In this document: one piece after another, positions 46,617 through 56,856 of the stretch | Numbering within the stretch: the stretch's first letter is position 1 | Layout: each line of letters begins with the position of its first letter | Origin: Vicinamibacterales bacterium | GTDB lineage: Bacteria; Acidobacteriota; Vicinamibacteria; Vicinamibacterales; UBA2999 | Length of the DNA stretch: 64,000 bases | Direction of reading: 5' to 3' | NCBI GenBank assembly: GCA_038213735.1 | Contig: JBBQSP010000016.1 | Location: forward strand, 1,581-65,580 | The notes under the pieces: model-generated | What the model saw: only the letters and a program-made list of their open reading frames with translations | Database searches by the model: none | What the model was told of the DNA's origin: nothing | Translations under genes and position numbers: made by a program

Positions 46617-49178
46617 TCAGCGCTCGAGCCTGACGCGGCCAGCCTGGATCACGAAGGCCAGCTCGCGTGAGTCGCCCTCGCGGCCGGACGCCACAGTATC
46701 AGAGGTCATGACCACTTCGTTGACGCCGGCGCTCGTGGCCGTCGACGGAATGGTGAGCGCGCACTCCGTCCACGCCCCACCGGCGAGGGCGCAGACGCCG
46801 ATCTCGCTGCCGTTGACGGTGGCGCGAATGGTCGCCCCGCCGGGGTTGGCCGCGCGCACATGAAGAAGCAGGCGCACCCGAGACGACTGGGCCAGTCGCC
46901 AGCGCAGCGCCGAGGTTCGTGCCGACCAGCGGTAGCGTTGTGGCCCGCCGTGCTCGGCCGAATGCCAGCCCTCGCCGAAGTGGGCGTCAGCGCTCACGTC
47001 GATCGCGCCGGTGGCCGGCCACTCCGGAATCGCCACCTGGCACACGCGAGCCGCGGTCACGTTGTCGGACTCGAGCGTCGCGCTCACCGCGGCCATGGGC
47101 CGCGCCATTCGGAACCCGAACACGGCGCGCGTGCCCGGAACTGTCTCAAACAGCAGCCGGGATCGCGCGGCATCAACCGCGGCAGTGCCACGGCCGTTGA
47201 CCCGATCGTGCCGCCATCCCACCGCCGGGCTGCCGCCCTCCACCGTGATCGATGCTGCGCCCATTCCCTCGAACGTGGCGAACCACCCGCCGTCGGCCAG
47301 CACCGTGCCGACATCGGTGCGCTGGCCTTTTCGAAGAACCGCACAGGGCCGCTCGCCGTTAAACACCAGTGATGCCGGGTGCGTTTGCGCACCGATCGCT
47401 TCGTCAGGCGCGAACGCCCAGTTGCCGGTGACGCGTCCAGACGGTCCGATTGCCACCACCACCAGGCCGCGATCGATCGCCGCAAGCACGGTGTCGCCCA
47501 GCATGATCCGCGGCCCCTCGTCGTTGGTAGTCACGGTGACGATGCCGCCTTCGGAGCCGAACGCGTGCTGCAAGCTTACGCCGGTGTCGCTCTGCTCGAC
47601 CTGTGCGGCGGGGCCACCGATGGTCCACGCGACCGCGCCGAAGTTCGCGGGTCGTGCACTGGTGGCCGGCTGGTTGGGTCCCAGCCACTCCAGCGGCAGC
47701 AGCCGTCCCGCGGCGGCGGCGACCACCAGGGTTCCGTCGGGTTGCTGCGCGAACCAGCGATCGAACGACTGGCGCGACAGGCCCGTGGCTTCAAAGCTCA
47801 GGCCTTGTGATGTCAGCCACGGCATGGCGCCCTCCAGCGCGTACACCGGCAGTCCCTCGGCCGCGGCCGCCTTGACTTGCTCCGCATCGTTCTGCAGGAG
47901 GCGTGGATGGGGATCGGGATCGTACTCGTTCGAGAAGTGCAGGTAGTTCAGGATCCGGGCGATGAAGTAGTTCTCCGCCACGAGGGCGCTGCCCGACGGC
48001 AGGCTGGCGTAGAGCGCGCGCAGGGCCGGGGTGTCGCCAGGCTGGGTGATGATTTCGATCGCTGGGCGATGGCGCGGCACGTTCGTCACCGGCAGTGCCA
48101 GCGCCACCACGCCGGCCGCGGTCACGGCGGCCTCGCGGTTGGTCAGCAAACGGATCGCGGTGTGCAGTCCGTACGCGGCCAGCGGCCAGAGCAGCACCAC
48201 CACGGGCGTGATGAACCCGACGACATCGCCCCACAGGTTGGCCACCATGGCCAGTGTGCCGGCGGCGCCACCCGCGATCAGCAGCGCCTCATACTGCTTG
48301 CGCCAGATCGCGACCGCGATTGCGAAAATGACCAGCGCCATGGTGACGGCGCCCATGTGGACGCGCAGGCCTTCGAGCAGCATCGGCACCTCGATGCCCA
48401 CCACCTTGTCGGCGTCCTGGTAGAACCGCGCCCACGACACATCGCGCGCGATGATCACGTCGTAGACGCCGAGCAGGGTCGTGGCCCGCGCCTCCAGGTA
48501 CGGCGCGCCCTGGATCGTGCGCAGCGCCACGAAGCCGTACTGCCCGACGCCGAGCGCCCCAATCAGCGCCGCGATGCCAATCACTTTCGACTGGAGTACC
48601 GATCGATCCCTGGCAATGCCGTAGATCAACGCCGCCGGCAGCAGCGCGACGATGGTCAGGTGGTTGCCGAGGCCGGCGGCAAAGACCGCGCACGCGGCAT
48701 AGAGCCAGGCGCGCGTGCCGTCCTGCGCCCAGATCATCAGCCACAGAATGGTCAGAGCCGACATCAGCGCGGCGAGGGTATAGACCTCGGCCACGATGCT
48801 GTTGCTCCACACTGGAAAGCTGGTGGCGGCCGCGAGGGCGGCGGCCGCCGACAGCAGCCTCGGCACACCGAGCCGGCGTGCCATCCAGAAAATGCACAAG
48901 CACGACAACACGCCGCCGAGTGCCGAAAACAGGTTGACCTCGTATGCCAGGGTGCCGAGGGGCAGCCGCGTGAAGAGATAGGTGGCGATGGTGTAGAACG
49001 GGTAGCCCGGCGTGTGCGCCGTGCCCAGCACCTGGCCGAGAAACTGGAACTTGGGTGAATCCTCGGTCCCGCCGACGTCGGGTCTCAGGGTGATGAGATA
49101 GAAGGCGCCCACCGCGATCGCGATGGCGGACACCCACATGGTGTCGCGGCGCCTGGCCGTCAGTGTGTCCTCGGTCAT
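46617..49178 (-). CDS. DUF2723 (TMEM260-like GT-C fold) membrane glycosyltransferase with a ~450-aa C-terminal extracytoplasmic domain
   Basis: The N-terminal loop is GGTEDSPKFQFLGQVLGTAHTPGYPFYT. About 10 TM segments follow, then a soluble domain I cannot assign. It lies 5 nt upstream of the GT9 gene. Confidence 0.8.
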   Translation of the reverse strand: MTEDTLTARRRDTMWVSAIAIAVGAFYLITLRPDVGGTEDSPKFQFLGQVLGTAHTPGYPFYTIATYLFTRLPLGTLAYEVNLFSALGGVLSCLCIFWMARRLGVPRLLSAAAALAAATSFPVWSNSIVAEVYTLAALMSALTILWLMIWAQDGTRAWLYAACAVFAAGLGNHLTIVALLPAALIYGIARDRSVLQSKVIGIAALIGALGVGQYGFVALRTIQGAPYLEARATTLLGVYDVIIARDVSWARFYQDADKVVGIEVPMLLEGLRVHMGAVTMALVIFAIAVAIWRKQYEALLIAGGAAGTLAMVANLWGDVVGFITPVVVLLWPLAAYGLHTAIRLLTNREAAVTAAGVVALALPVTNVPRHRPAIEIITQPGDTPALRALYASLPSGSALVAENYFIARILNYLHFSNEYDPDPHPRLLQNDAEQVKAAAAEGLPVYALEGAMPWLTSQGLSFEATGLSRQSFDRWFAQQPDGTLVVAAAAGRLLPLEWLGPNQPATSARPANFGAVAWTIGGPAAQVEQSDTGVSLQHAFGSEGGIVTVTTNDEGPRIMLGDTVLAAIDRGLVVVAIGPSGRVTGNWAFAPDEAIGAQTHPASLVFNGERPCAVLRKGQRTDVGTVLADGGWFATFEGMGAASITVEGGSPAVGWRHDRVNGRGTAAVDAARSRLLFETVPGTRAVFGFRMARPMAAVSATLESDNVTAARVCQVAIPEWPATGAIDVSADAHFGEGWHSAEHGGPQRYRWSARTSALRWRLAQSSRVRLLLHVRAANPGGATIRATVNGSEIGVCALAGGAWTECALTIPSTATSAGVNEVVMTSDTVASGREGDSRELAFVIQAGRVRLER

Positions 49179-49409
49179 TCTGATCTAGGCGCTAGTCGAG
49201 AGTTGGTGGTGTCGATCGGCAACGGGATGGCGGCCTCGCCCGGCCACAGGCGCCCGCACCGGCCAGCAAATCGCGCCGTGTCAGGTCGGTTGGCATGGCG
49301 CAACTTACCATGGCCCCCGATGAGGTGCGACACCGTGTTGTTACATGGCCGCCATCCGCCCGACACACGGGCTGTGTACCGTTTTGCCAACTTCTCACGA
49401 AAGGCTCCC

Positions 49410-51884
49410 ATGAAACGAACTGCACTCGCCCTCTTCTGCGCCGGATTGATTGGCGCCACGGCCTCGCACACCACCTTCGCACGAGGCTTGGACGATCGTG
49501 ACGGCTGGAGCTTCCAGCGCGTCGGCACGTTTGCCAACTACAAGAACGCGCCGATCGACGAGACGACCGTCTCGGAAATTGTCGCCGCCACCGCCGACGG
49601 TAAGACGCTGATCTACACCGACGCGGAGCGCGGCACGATCGGGTTCATCGACATCACCGATCCTGCGGCGCCCGCAGCCGGCGGCACCGTCGTCCTCGAC
49701 CCCGATCCGACTGACGACGTGCACTACTCGCCTACCTCGGTGGACGTGCTCCGCAACCAGTACGCCCTAGTCTCCGCCGACACCAGCGCGGCTAAGAAGA
49801 ACCCCAGCGGTGAGTTGCTGGTCATCGACCTGGCCACGCGGGCGACGGTGGCTCGCATCGACCTTGGCGGCCAGCCGGATTCGCTGAAGGTCTCCCCGGA
49901 CCATCGCTTCATCGCCATCGCCATCGAGAACGAGCGCGACGAGGACCTCTGTGTGGGCGGCTCGCAGAACGACGTGGAGGTTGTCGGCAGCAACCCGGGG
50001 GCGGGCCAGACGACCGCCGCGCTGTGCACGGCGGGCGGTGGCGCCGTCGGCGTCATGCCCCAGCATCAGCTCGGCAACCCGGCTGGCTACCTGGCCGTGA
50101 TCCGCACGGCCGGCGCTCCGGCATCGTGGATCCGTCGCGACGCCGACCTGACGGGCGTGGCCGACCTCTACCCGGCCGATCCGGAGCCTGAGTTCGTGGA
50201 CATCAACCAGCAGAACCAGGCGGTGGTGACGATGCAGGAGAACAACCACATCGTGATCGTCGACCTGCCTAGCCGCACGGTGGTGGCCGAGTTTACGGCG
50301 GGCGCGGTCGACCTCACACAGATCGACACGGTCCGGGCCGGTAGTGGCGTGCCCAACACGATCGCCCTCGTCAACAGCCTCACGGGCCGTTTGCGCGAGC
50401 CGGATTCGGTTACCTGGGTGGGACAGCAGATCGCTACTGCCAACGAAGGCGACCTCATTGGGGGCAGCCGCGGCTTCTCGATCTTCAACATGGACGGCTC
50501 GGTGGCGTTCGACAGCGGCAACACGCTCGAGCACCTGGCGGTGCGGTTCGGTCACTACCCGGAGCGCCGCTCCAATGCCAAGGGCAACGAGCCCGAGGCA
50601 ATCGCGGCGGCGAAGTTCGGCCCGAACAACATGCTGTTCATCGGGTCCGAGCGTGGCAGCTTCGTGGCGGTCTACAGCCTCGACAAGAGCGGCCGGCCCG
50701 AGTTCTCGCAGTTGCTGCCGGCGCCGCTCGGCCCCGAGGGACTGCTGGCCATCCCGCACCGCAACCTGCTGATTGCGTCCGGCGAAAACGACACGCCGCC
50801 GTACGGGGTGCGGTCCTCGGTGATGATCTACCAGCTGATGCCGGGTGCGCCCACCTACCCGCAAGTGACCTCGGTCAACGACCCCGCCGGCACGCCGATC
50901 CCATGGTCGGCGCTGTCAGGCATGACCGAGATCCCCGGTGAGTTCGGGAAGGTGCAGGCGGTCTGGGACTCGTTCTATACGCCGACCCGGGTGTTCACGA
51001 TCGACGTGTCGAGCACGCCCGCTGTCGTCACCAACGCCTTGACGGTGGCGCGACCCGCGACTAGCCCGTTCTACGACCCCGAGGGTCTGGCCTACGCGCC
51101 CGATGGTTCTCTCTGGATCGCGAGTGAAGGCAACTTGAACGACAGCCGTCCGAACCGGCTGATCAAGGTGGACCCGGCCACCGGCGCGGTGCTGGCGGAA
51201 GTGGGCCTCCCCGCCGACGTGCTGGCGTGCCGGGCCGCGGAGCGCGCGAAGGCTGCGTCTGCGACCCCTCCTCCTCCCAACGGCACCGTTACCCTTGGCT
51301 CGGGTTTCGAGGGCCTCGACATCCTGCCGACCGGCAATGGCACCTACCAGATCTTCGTCGCGCAGCAGCGGGGCTGGAACTACACGACCTCCGACGCCTG
51401 CGCGCAGATTGATGATGACCCGACCGACGGAGGCGTGGGCGGTGGCAGCGCTGCAGAACCGACGTGGACGCGCATCTGGGTGTTCGACCCGCAGACGGCT
51501 TCATGGAACCACGTGGCGTACGAACTGGCGCCGAAGCCGGCGAACGCGGCGTGGGTGGGCCTCTCCGAGATCACCCTCGTAGACGATGGTTGGATCGTGA
51601 TCGAGCGCGACAACCTGACCGGCGACTTCGGCGTGTTCAAGACGCTGGCGCACCTGCCCCTCACTCCCGGCCCCGGTGGCGCGTTCACGCGCGAGGACAA
51701 GGCCGTCTACGACCTGCGCCCGCGCCTCACGGCCAGTAACGGGTGGATCACCGACAAGCCCGAGGGCGTGGCGGTCCTGCCCGACGGCCGCCTGTTCGTG
51801 GTGACGGACAACGACGGCGTCGACGGCTGGTCGGGCGAAACGTGGTTCCTGCGCCTGGGGCCCTACTGGCGGCTGTTCGAGTAG
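49410..51884 (+). CDS. secreted beta-propeller protein: choice-of-anchor-I-like N-terminal half plus phytase-like (esterase-like activity of phytase) C-terminal half
   Basis: The ATG at 49410 gives MKRTALALFCAGLIGATASHT (signal). N-terminal blocks are EPEFVDIN, REPDSVTW and NEPEAIAAAKF..SERGSFVAVYSL. C-terminal blocks are PEGLAYAPDGSLWIASEGN and KPEGVAVLPDGRLFVVTDNDG. Confidence 0.75.
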   Translation: MKRTALALFCAGLIGATASHTTFARGLDDRDGWSFQRVGTFANYKNAPIDETTVSEIVAATADGKTLIYTDAERGTIGFIDITDPAAPAAGGTVVLDPDPTDDVHYSPTSVDVLRNQYALVSADTSAAKKNPSGELLVIDLATRATVARIDLGGQPDSLKVSPDHRFIAIAIENERDEDLCVGGSQNDVEVVGSNPGAGQTTAALCTAGGGAVGVMPQHQLGNPAGYLAVIRTAGAPASWIRRDADLTGVADLYPADPEPEFVDINQQNQAVVTMQENNHIVIVDLPSRTVVAEFTAGAVDLTQIDTVRAGSGVPNTIALVNSLTGRLREPDSVTWVGQQIATANEGDLIGGSRGFSIFNMDGSVAFDSGNTLEHLAVRFGHYPERRSNAKGNEPEAIAAAKFGPNNMLFIGSERGSFVAVYSLDKSGRPEFSQLLPAPLGPEGLLAIPHRNLLIASGENDTPPYGVRSSVMIYQLMPGAPTYPQVTSVNDPAGTPIPWSALSGMTEIPGEFGKVQAVWDSFYTPTRVFTIDVSSTPAVVTNALTVARPATSPFYDPEGLAYAPDGSLWIASEGNLNDSRPNRLIKVDPATGAVLAEVGLPADVLACRAAERAKAASATPPPPNGTVTLGSGFEGLDILPTGNGTYQIFVAQQRGWNYTTSDACAQIDDDPTDGGVGGGSAAEPTWTRIWVFDPQTASWNHVAYELAPKPANAAWVGLSEITLVDDGWIVIERDNLTGDFGVFKTLAHLPLTPGPGGAFTREDKAVYDLRPRLTASNGWITDKPEGVAVLPDGRLFVVTDNDGVDGWSGETWFLRLGPYWRLFE

Positions 51885-51893
51885 CCCGCTGAT

Positions 51894-51918
51894 GCGCGGT
51901 CGTACACGGACACCGCGC
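51894..51918. terminator. small GC hairpin between convergent genes
   Basis: GCGCGGT-(11 nt)-ACCGCGC lies 10 nt after the stop at 51884. There is no U-tract, so terminator function is uncertain. Confidence 0.3.
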
Positions 51919-51968
51919 AGTGGGCGCGCCTGATGACGTAGAGAGAAGGGCGCGGAGAGGGCGGCGCT

Positions 51969-52298
51969 CTAGGACACCCGGCGTCCAGCGCTGCCTTCGT
52001 CGCGTCTCAGTCGTGCCTCGAGCCAGAACGTGCCGCCCGGCACAAGCGACAGCACGGCCGCGATCCATCCCAGACGAGTCCCCAGCCCGCTCCACGCGAG
52101 CGCGAGCGTCGCGACATAGGCGATGAAGAGCACGCCGTGGGCCATGCCCACCACCCTCACCGCCATGTCGATGCCGAGCCCATACTTGAGCGGCATGGCG
52201 ACGATCAGCAGAAGCAGGTAAGAGATGCCCTCCCAGAAGGCCACGATGCGGAATCGGCCGACGGGTGTGCCGGGTGAGACGGGGACGCCCAGGCTCAT
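51969..52298 (-). CDS. DUF3817-family small membrane protein
   Basis: The sequence FRIVAFWEGISYLLLLIVAMPLKYGLG..VGMAHGVLFIAYV fits the family pattern. Confidence 0.8.
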   Translation of the reverse strand: MSLGVPVSPGTPVGRFRIVAFWEGISYLLLLIVAMPLKYGLGIDMAVRVVGMAHGVLFIAYVATLALAWSGLGTRLGWIAAVLSLVPGGTFWLEARLRRDEGSAGRRVS

Positions 52299-52575
52299 TT
52301 TCGGGGGCCAACCCGCGCGCCCTGCACGCGGATCAGGTCGTGCGCGTAAGCCTTCGCCATGCTGTTTGCTTCGCCATTCCCGGCGATCGTACTACCTGCC
52401 CAACGAACAATGCCAGTGCTCGGGCCCCGACGATCAAGCATCATGGGCCTGACTCCTCAAGTCCCCCCAAAGCGGATGGGCGCCAACGCGCACTCGACCG
52501 TCGGCGCTGGGTAAGCATCTGCTTCAATTGGGGCCGGCGTCGCCGCTTCATCCCTCTTCCGGCTGCCGGCGCGAC

Positions 52576-53562
52576 TTACTTCACCGTCACGCGAAGCTCG
52601 GCAAGGTTGGCTCTGACGATCTCGCGCAGCTTTTGGAAGCTCTCCAGATGACGAGCCCCGATTCCAGTGGAGTTGAGGAACGTCTCGCTCCCGTGCCTGA
52701 CCCTGATGAGGATGTGTTGTGGCGCCGACTTCGGTTGGCTTCGATCGTAGTAGTCGGGATTGACGGTGACGTAGACGCGGCTCTCCCTGTCGGCCAGGGT
52801 CGTGAAGACGTGGGCGTAACCATTCAGCGATTTCACCTCGATCTCCTTGACGACCGCGACCCCATCGGGTGATTCGCTGAGCAGTCCCTGATAGTAGGCC
52901 AGCCGCTGCGCGCTGGTGCCGGATCTGGATTGCAGGATCTCGATCTGCTTCTGCAGGAACTCGCGCCTGGTGACGACCCGGAATGGCAGGGCTCCCGCAC
53001 GCGTGAGCCACCAGACGGTCGTGCCGTCGGCGAAGTTGAACTCCTGGATGCCCTGGTCATTGGCCTGAGGCAGCTCGGTCTTGTCCTTGCGCTGGTAATA
53101 CCCGCGGGGAAGGAAGCTGAAGCCGACGGAGGGGTTGCTGGTGGCCTCGTCGACGAAGCTCGTGTTGACCTGAACCGACACGTTCCCGAGCGAAACGTCC
53201 CGGGCGGCCGGCTTGCCGTTGAGGCACTCGATCTTGTGATGGCTCAGGACAAAGCTGTAGGTGTTGCCGTACCGGGACTTGTTCGTCACCTGGGACAGGA
53301 TGTCGTAATTTGCGCTGTAAAGACCGATCGCACCGATCGGCACGAAGGCGGACTTGAACATCTCCAGCACGCGCACCATGATCTTCCGCTCGGCGGCGAG
53401 CTCGACGGCGGTGACCTGCCCGGTGTTCTGATCCGGCTGCGGCTTCCAAATGTTGGTCAGCGCGTTGAACTGGGAACTGTCGCAGGTGGTGTTCTGGGCC
53501 GCGGGCGTTGCGATCCAGGCCAGCGGCGCGAGGAATAGCAGGAGGCAACGAATGATGGTCAT
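52576..53562 (-). CDS. hypothetical secreted protein, no recognisable family
   Basis: The signal peptide is MTIIRCLLLFLAPLAWIATPAAQ. It is 328 aa. Its composition (Asn/Ser/Tyr/Lys/Phe-rich) differs visibly from the Ala/Arg-rich neighbours. Confidence 0.65.
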   Translation of the reverse strand: MTIIRCLLLFLAPLAWIATPAAQNTTCDSSQFNALTNIWKPQPDQNTGQVTAVELAAERKIMVRVLEMFKSAFVPIGAIGLYSANYDILSQVTNKSRYGNTYSFVLSHHKIECLNGKPAARDVSLGNVSVQVNTSFVDEATSNPSVGFSFLPRGYYQRKDKTELPQANDQGIQEFNFADGTTVWWLTRAGALPFRVVTRREFLQKQIEILQSRSGTSAQRLAYYQGLLSESPDGVAVVKEIEVKSLNGYAHVFTTLADRESRVYVTVNPDYYDRSQPKSAPQHILIRVRHGSETFLNSTGIGARHLESFQKLREIVRANLAELRVTVK

Positions 53563-53721
53563 GGGTATGGGTGCAGGAACCGCGGGGCGGCTCTCAGCGT
53601 GGCCAGAGCGTATCAGAGGTCGAGCACATCGCGCCGGGCCACTGCACCAGCGAGCTGGGGTTCGCCGTCCTTCGTGGCCGCTTCAAGGAACGCTTCGTGG
53701 AAGCCGGTCTTGGCGCGACGA

Positions 53722-56700
53722 TCATGTTGCCGTGAAGGCCCGAGGTCCGTCGTCGCCGCGATGCAACGCGTAATACGACGCGGGCACCACCAACATGTTC
53801 AGGATAGTGGACGAGGCCAGCCCGAAGATGATGACACTAGCCATCGGCGCCTGGATCTCGCTCCCCGGCTCGCCGGCGCCGAGCGCCACCGGCACGAGCG
53901 CCAAGCCCGTTGACAGCGCGGTCATCAGGATCGGGACCAGGCGATCGACCGAACCCTGCGTCACGGCGTCGCGCAGATTCGTGACGCCCTCTTCGTGCCG
54001 CAGGTGCTCGATGTGCGACACCAGCATGATCCCGTTGCGCGCGGCAATGCCCAGCAGGGCGATCAGCCCGATGATCGACGCGACCGACAGCACACCACCC
54101 GAGGCGAAGACACCGGCGATCCCGCCGATCAGCGCCAGCGGGAGGTTCACCATGATCAGCCCGGCCAAGGGTGCCGATCGGAATGCCGTCGCGAGCATGA
54201 AGAACATCGCGATCACGACGCCGACGCTGAGCCATAACAGCAGCGCCGATGCCTGTTCGCTGCTTTCGAACTGGCCGCTGAACTCGATGCGGTAGCCCGC
54301 TGACACGGTCACGCTGTCGGCCACGGCCCGGCGGGCATCGGCGACCACGCTGCCAAGGTCCCGGCCAGCCACGTTGCCCGTGACCGTGATCTTGCGTTGC
54401 ACGTTCTCGCGGCTGATAAAGTTCGGGCTTCTGTCCACGATGACCTCGGCCACGGCTTCAATCGGCACGCGGCCGCCAGTGGCCGTGCGAAGCGGCGTCT
54501 GGCGGATGGCGTCGAGGTCCGGCGCATCAGCCGCCGGGTAGCGAACCACCAACGGTACGGCCACCTGCTGATCCAGGATCTGTCCCACTTCGCGGCCAAC
54601 GAGGGCCGTCTCGAGCGTCTCGGCCGCGGCGCCGGACTGCAGGCCGAATCGTCCGAGCGCGGCCCGGTCGAACTGCACGCGCACGGTGGGGATGTCGGTC
54701 TGCTGTTCCACGGAGAGATCGACGAGGCCCGCGACGCCGGCCACCGCGGCCTGCACGCGGTCGCCAATGCTCCGCAGCTCGTGGAGGTCATCGCCGAACA
54801 CCTTAATGGCCACGTTCGCGCGCGTGCCGGAGAGCATGTGATCGATGCGGTGCGAGATCGGCTGGCCAATCGTGATATTGACGCCCGGCACCAACGAGAG
54901 GCGCGTGCGAACGTGCTCGAGCACCTCGTCGCGGGTCCGGTCGGTGGCCCGCAGCTTCACGTCGATCTCGGCCGACTCGACGCCCTGCACGTGCTCGTCC
55001 CGCTCGGCGCGTCCCGTGCGCCTGGCCGTGCTTACGACCTCCGGCACGTCCCTGAGCAGACGCTCGAGCGAGGCGCCAAGCTGGTTTGACGCCTCGAGGC
55101 TCGTGCCTGGCAGCGTCACGGCACTGATCACGAGCGCGCCCTCGTTGAACTCGGGCAGGAAGGCGCGACCCATCCGGGGCAAGGCGACGGCCGTCAGCAC
55201 CAGGAGAACGGCGGCGCCCGCGAACACCGTGATGCGGTGATCGATGGTGGCGGGCAGGATTCGGGCGTACTGGCGCTTGAGCCACTGCGCGAACGCCGGC
55301 TCGGTCGCCTCGCGGACCGAGCGCAGGCGCGGCAGCAGGTACGACGACAGTACCGGCGTCAGCGTGAGCGCGACCACCAGCGAGGCGAACAGCGCGATCA
55401 GGTACGCCAGTCCGAGTGGACGGAGCAGGCGCCCTTCGACATCGCCGAGAAAGAACAGCGGCAGGAACACCAGCATGACGATCAGCGTGGCGAACACGAT
55501 CGATCCGCGGATTTCGCTGCTGGCGGTGTAGACCACGTCGAGGACGGAGCGGCGGTCCCCGGCGGGCCGCTGGGCGTTCTCGCGCAGCCGCCGCAGAATG
55601 TTCTCCACGTCCACGATCGCATCGTCCACGAGCGCCCCGATGGCGATGGCCAGCCCGCCCAGGGTCATGCTGTTGATGGTCAGGCCCGCCATCCGGAGGG
55701 CGATCACGGCGGCCAGCAGCGACAACGGAATGGCGACCAGCGTGATGCCCGCCGCACGCAGGTTGGCCAGGAAGACGACCGTGACGAGCACGACCAGCAC
55801 GGTGCCGTCGCGAAGCGCGGCGTTGAGGTTGGCGAGCGCCACCTCGATGAAGTCGGCCTGGCGCATCACGTCCCGTTCGATTCGCACGCCCTCGGGCAAC
55901 GTGGCCTGGATATCGTTGAAGGCGCCTTCGAGCGTCCGCGTCAGCTGCAGCGTGTTCACGTCAGGCTGCCGCTGGATGCCGAGGATGATGGCGGGCTCGC
56001 CGTTGTAGGACCCTTCGCCGCGCCTGAGCGCTTCGCCGATGCGCACGGTTGCCAGGTCACGCACGAAGATCGGCCGCGTGTCGCGCGTGGTCACGATCGT
56101 GCCTTCGATGTCCTCCAGGGAGCGGATCAGGCCTACGCCCTGGATCAGGTACTCCTGTCCGGCGGCCACCCGGAATCCGGCCGAGGTGTTGCGACTGGCC
56201 GCGCGTAACGCCTCCTCCACCTCGGTTAGCGACACACCGGCCGCGGTCAGGCGGTCGGGCGCGACGACCACCTGGAACTGCCGTTCGCCGCCACCAGTCG
56301 CCACGACTTGCGAGACGCCCGGCACGGCAAGCAACCGCCGTCGCACCTGGGTTTCGGCAATGGTGCGCAGTGCCAGGTCGTCGTGACGGTCCGAGCGCAG
56401 GGCCACGAACAGGATCTCGCCCATGATCGACGACACCGGCGCGAGGGCGGGCGGGTCAACGCCCGACGGCAGGTCGGCCGCGACCGCGCTGACGCGTTCG
56501 CTGACGGTCTGCCGGGCCCGGTAGATGTCCTCGCCCCACTCGAACTCCACCCAGATGACGGCGATGCCGACGGCGGTCGCGGACCGGACGCGGCGCACGC
56601 CGGCCGCGCCATTGAGGGCCGTCTCGATCGGGAACGTGACCAGCGCCTCCATGTCGGTCGGCGCCATGCCCCGGCCTTCGACCAGGATCGTCACGGTGGG

Positions 56701-56832
56701 TGCCGTCAGATCCGGCAGCACGTCCACCGGCATGCGCACGGCGATCCAGCTGCCCACGACGAAGAAAATCACGCTCAGGGCCAGCACCAGCGGCCGGTTG
56801 CCCAGCGACCACGCAATGATGCGGTCGATCAC
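53722..56832 (-). CDS. heavy-metal efflux RND transporter (CusA/CzcA family)
   Basis: The N-terminus is MIDRIIAWSLGNRPLVLALSVIFFVVG. The TM4 motif LGGLAIAIGALVDDAIVDVEN is of the AIG..D.AIV..EN type and lacks the DFG of CzcA. 1036 aa. Confidence 0.92.
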   Translation of the reverse strand: MIDRIIAWSLGNRPLVLALSVIFFVVGSWIAVRMPVDVLPDLTAPTVTILVEGRGMAPTDMEALVTFPIETALNGAAGVRRVRSATAVGIAVIWVEFEWGEDIYRARQTVSERVSAVAADLPSGVDPPALAPVSSIMGEILFVALRSDRHDDLALRTIAETQVRRRLLAVPGVSQVVATGGGERQFQVVVAPDRLTAAGVSLTEVEEALRAASRNTSAGFRVAAGQEYLIQGVGLIRSLEDIEGTIVTTRDTRPIFVRDLATVRIGEALRRGEGSYNGEPAIILGIQRQPDVNTLQLTRTLEGAFNDIQATLPEGVRIERDVMRQADFIEVALANLNAALRDGTVLVVLVTVVFLANLRAAGITLVAIPLSLLAAVIALRMAGLTINSMTLGGLAIAIGALVDDAIVDVENILRRLRENAQRPAGDRRSVLDVVYTASSEIRGSIVFATLIVMLVFLPLFFLGDVEGRLLRPLGLAYLIALFASLVVALTLTPVLSSYLLPRLRSVREATEPAFAQWLKRQYARILPATIDHRITVFAGAAVLLVLTAVALPRMGRAFLPEFNEGALVISAVTLPGTSLEASNQLGASLERLLRDVPEVVSTARRTGRAERDEHVQGVESAEIDVKLRATDRTRDEVLEHVRTRLSLVPGVNITIGQPISHRIDHMLSGTRANVAIKVFGDDLHELRSIGDRVQAAVAGVAGLVDLSVEQQTDIPTVRVQFDRAALGRFGLQSGAAAETLETALVGREVGQILDQQVAVPLVVRYPAADAPDLDAIRQTPLRTATGGRVPIEAVAEVIVDRSPNFISRENVQRKITVTGNVAGRDLGSVVADARRAVADSVTVSAGYRIEFSGQFESSEQASALLLWLSVGVVIAMFFMLATAFRSAPLAGLIMVNLPLALIGGIAGVFASGGVLSVASIIGLIALLGIAARNGIMLVSHIEHLRHEEGVTNLRDAVTQGSVDRLVPILMTALSTGLALVPVALGAGEPGSEIQAPMASVIIFGLASSTILNMLVVPASYYALHRGDDGPRAFTAT

Positions 56833-56856
56833 GACGCACGCTCCGCGACGGTGCGA

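Noticed and set aside
45380-46863. Long alternative ORFs (45380..46561 minus, 45487..46863 plus) over the GT9 gene, and similar ones over DUF2723 (47877..49058 plus, 48289..49137 minus)
   Set aside because: The translations are Arg/Pro/Gly-rich junk. The GT9 and DUF2723 frames carry the family motifs and TM helices.
53563-53721. Short protein-like minus-strand frame after the RND stop (..KTGFHEAFLEAATKDGEPQLAGAVARRDVLDL*)
   Set aside because: Only about 40 codons, with no start codon or RBS, and partly overlapping the RND 3' end. This is too little evidence to call a gene or remnant.
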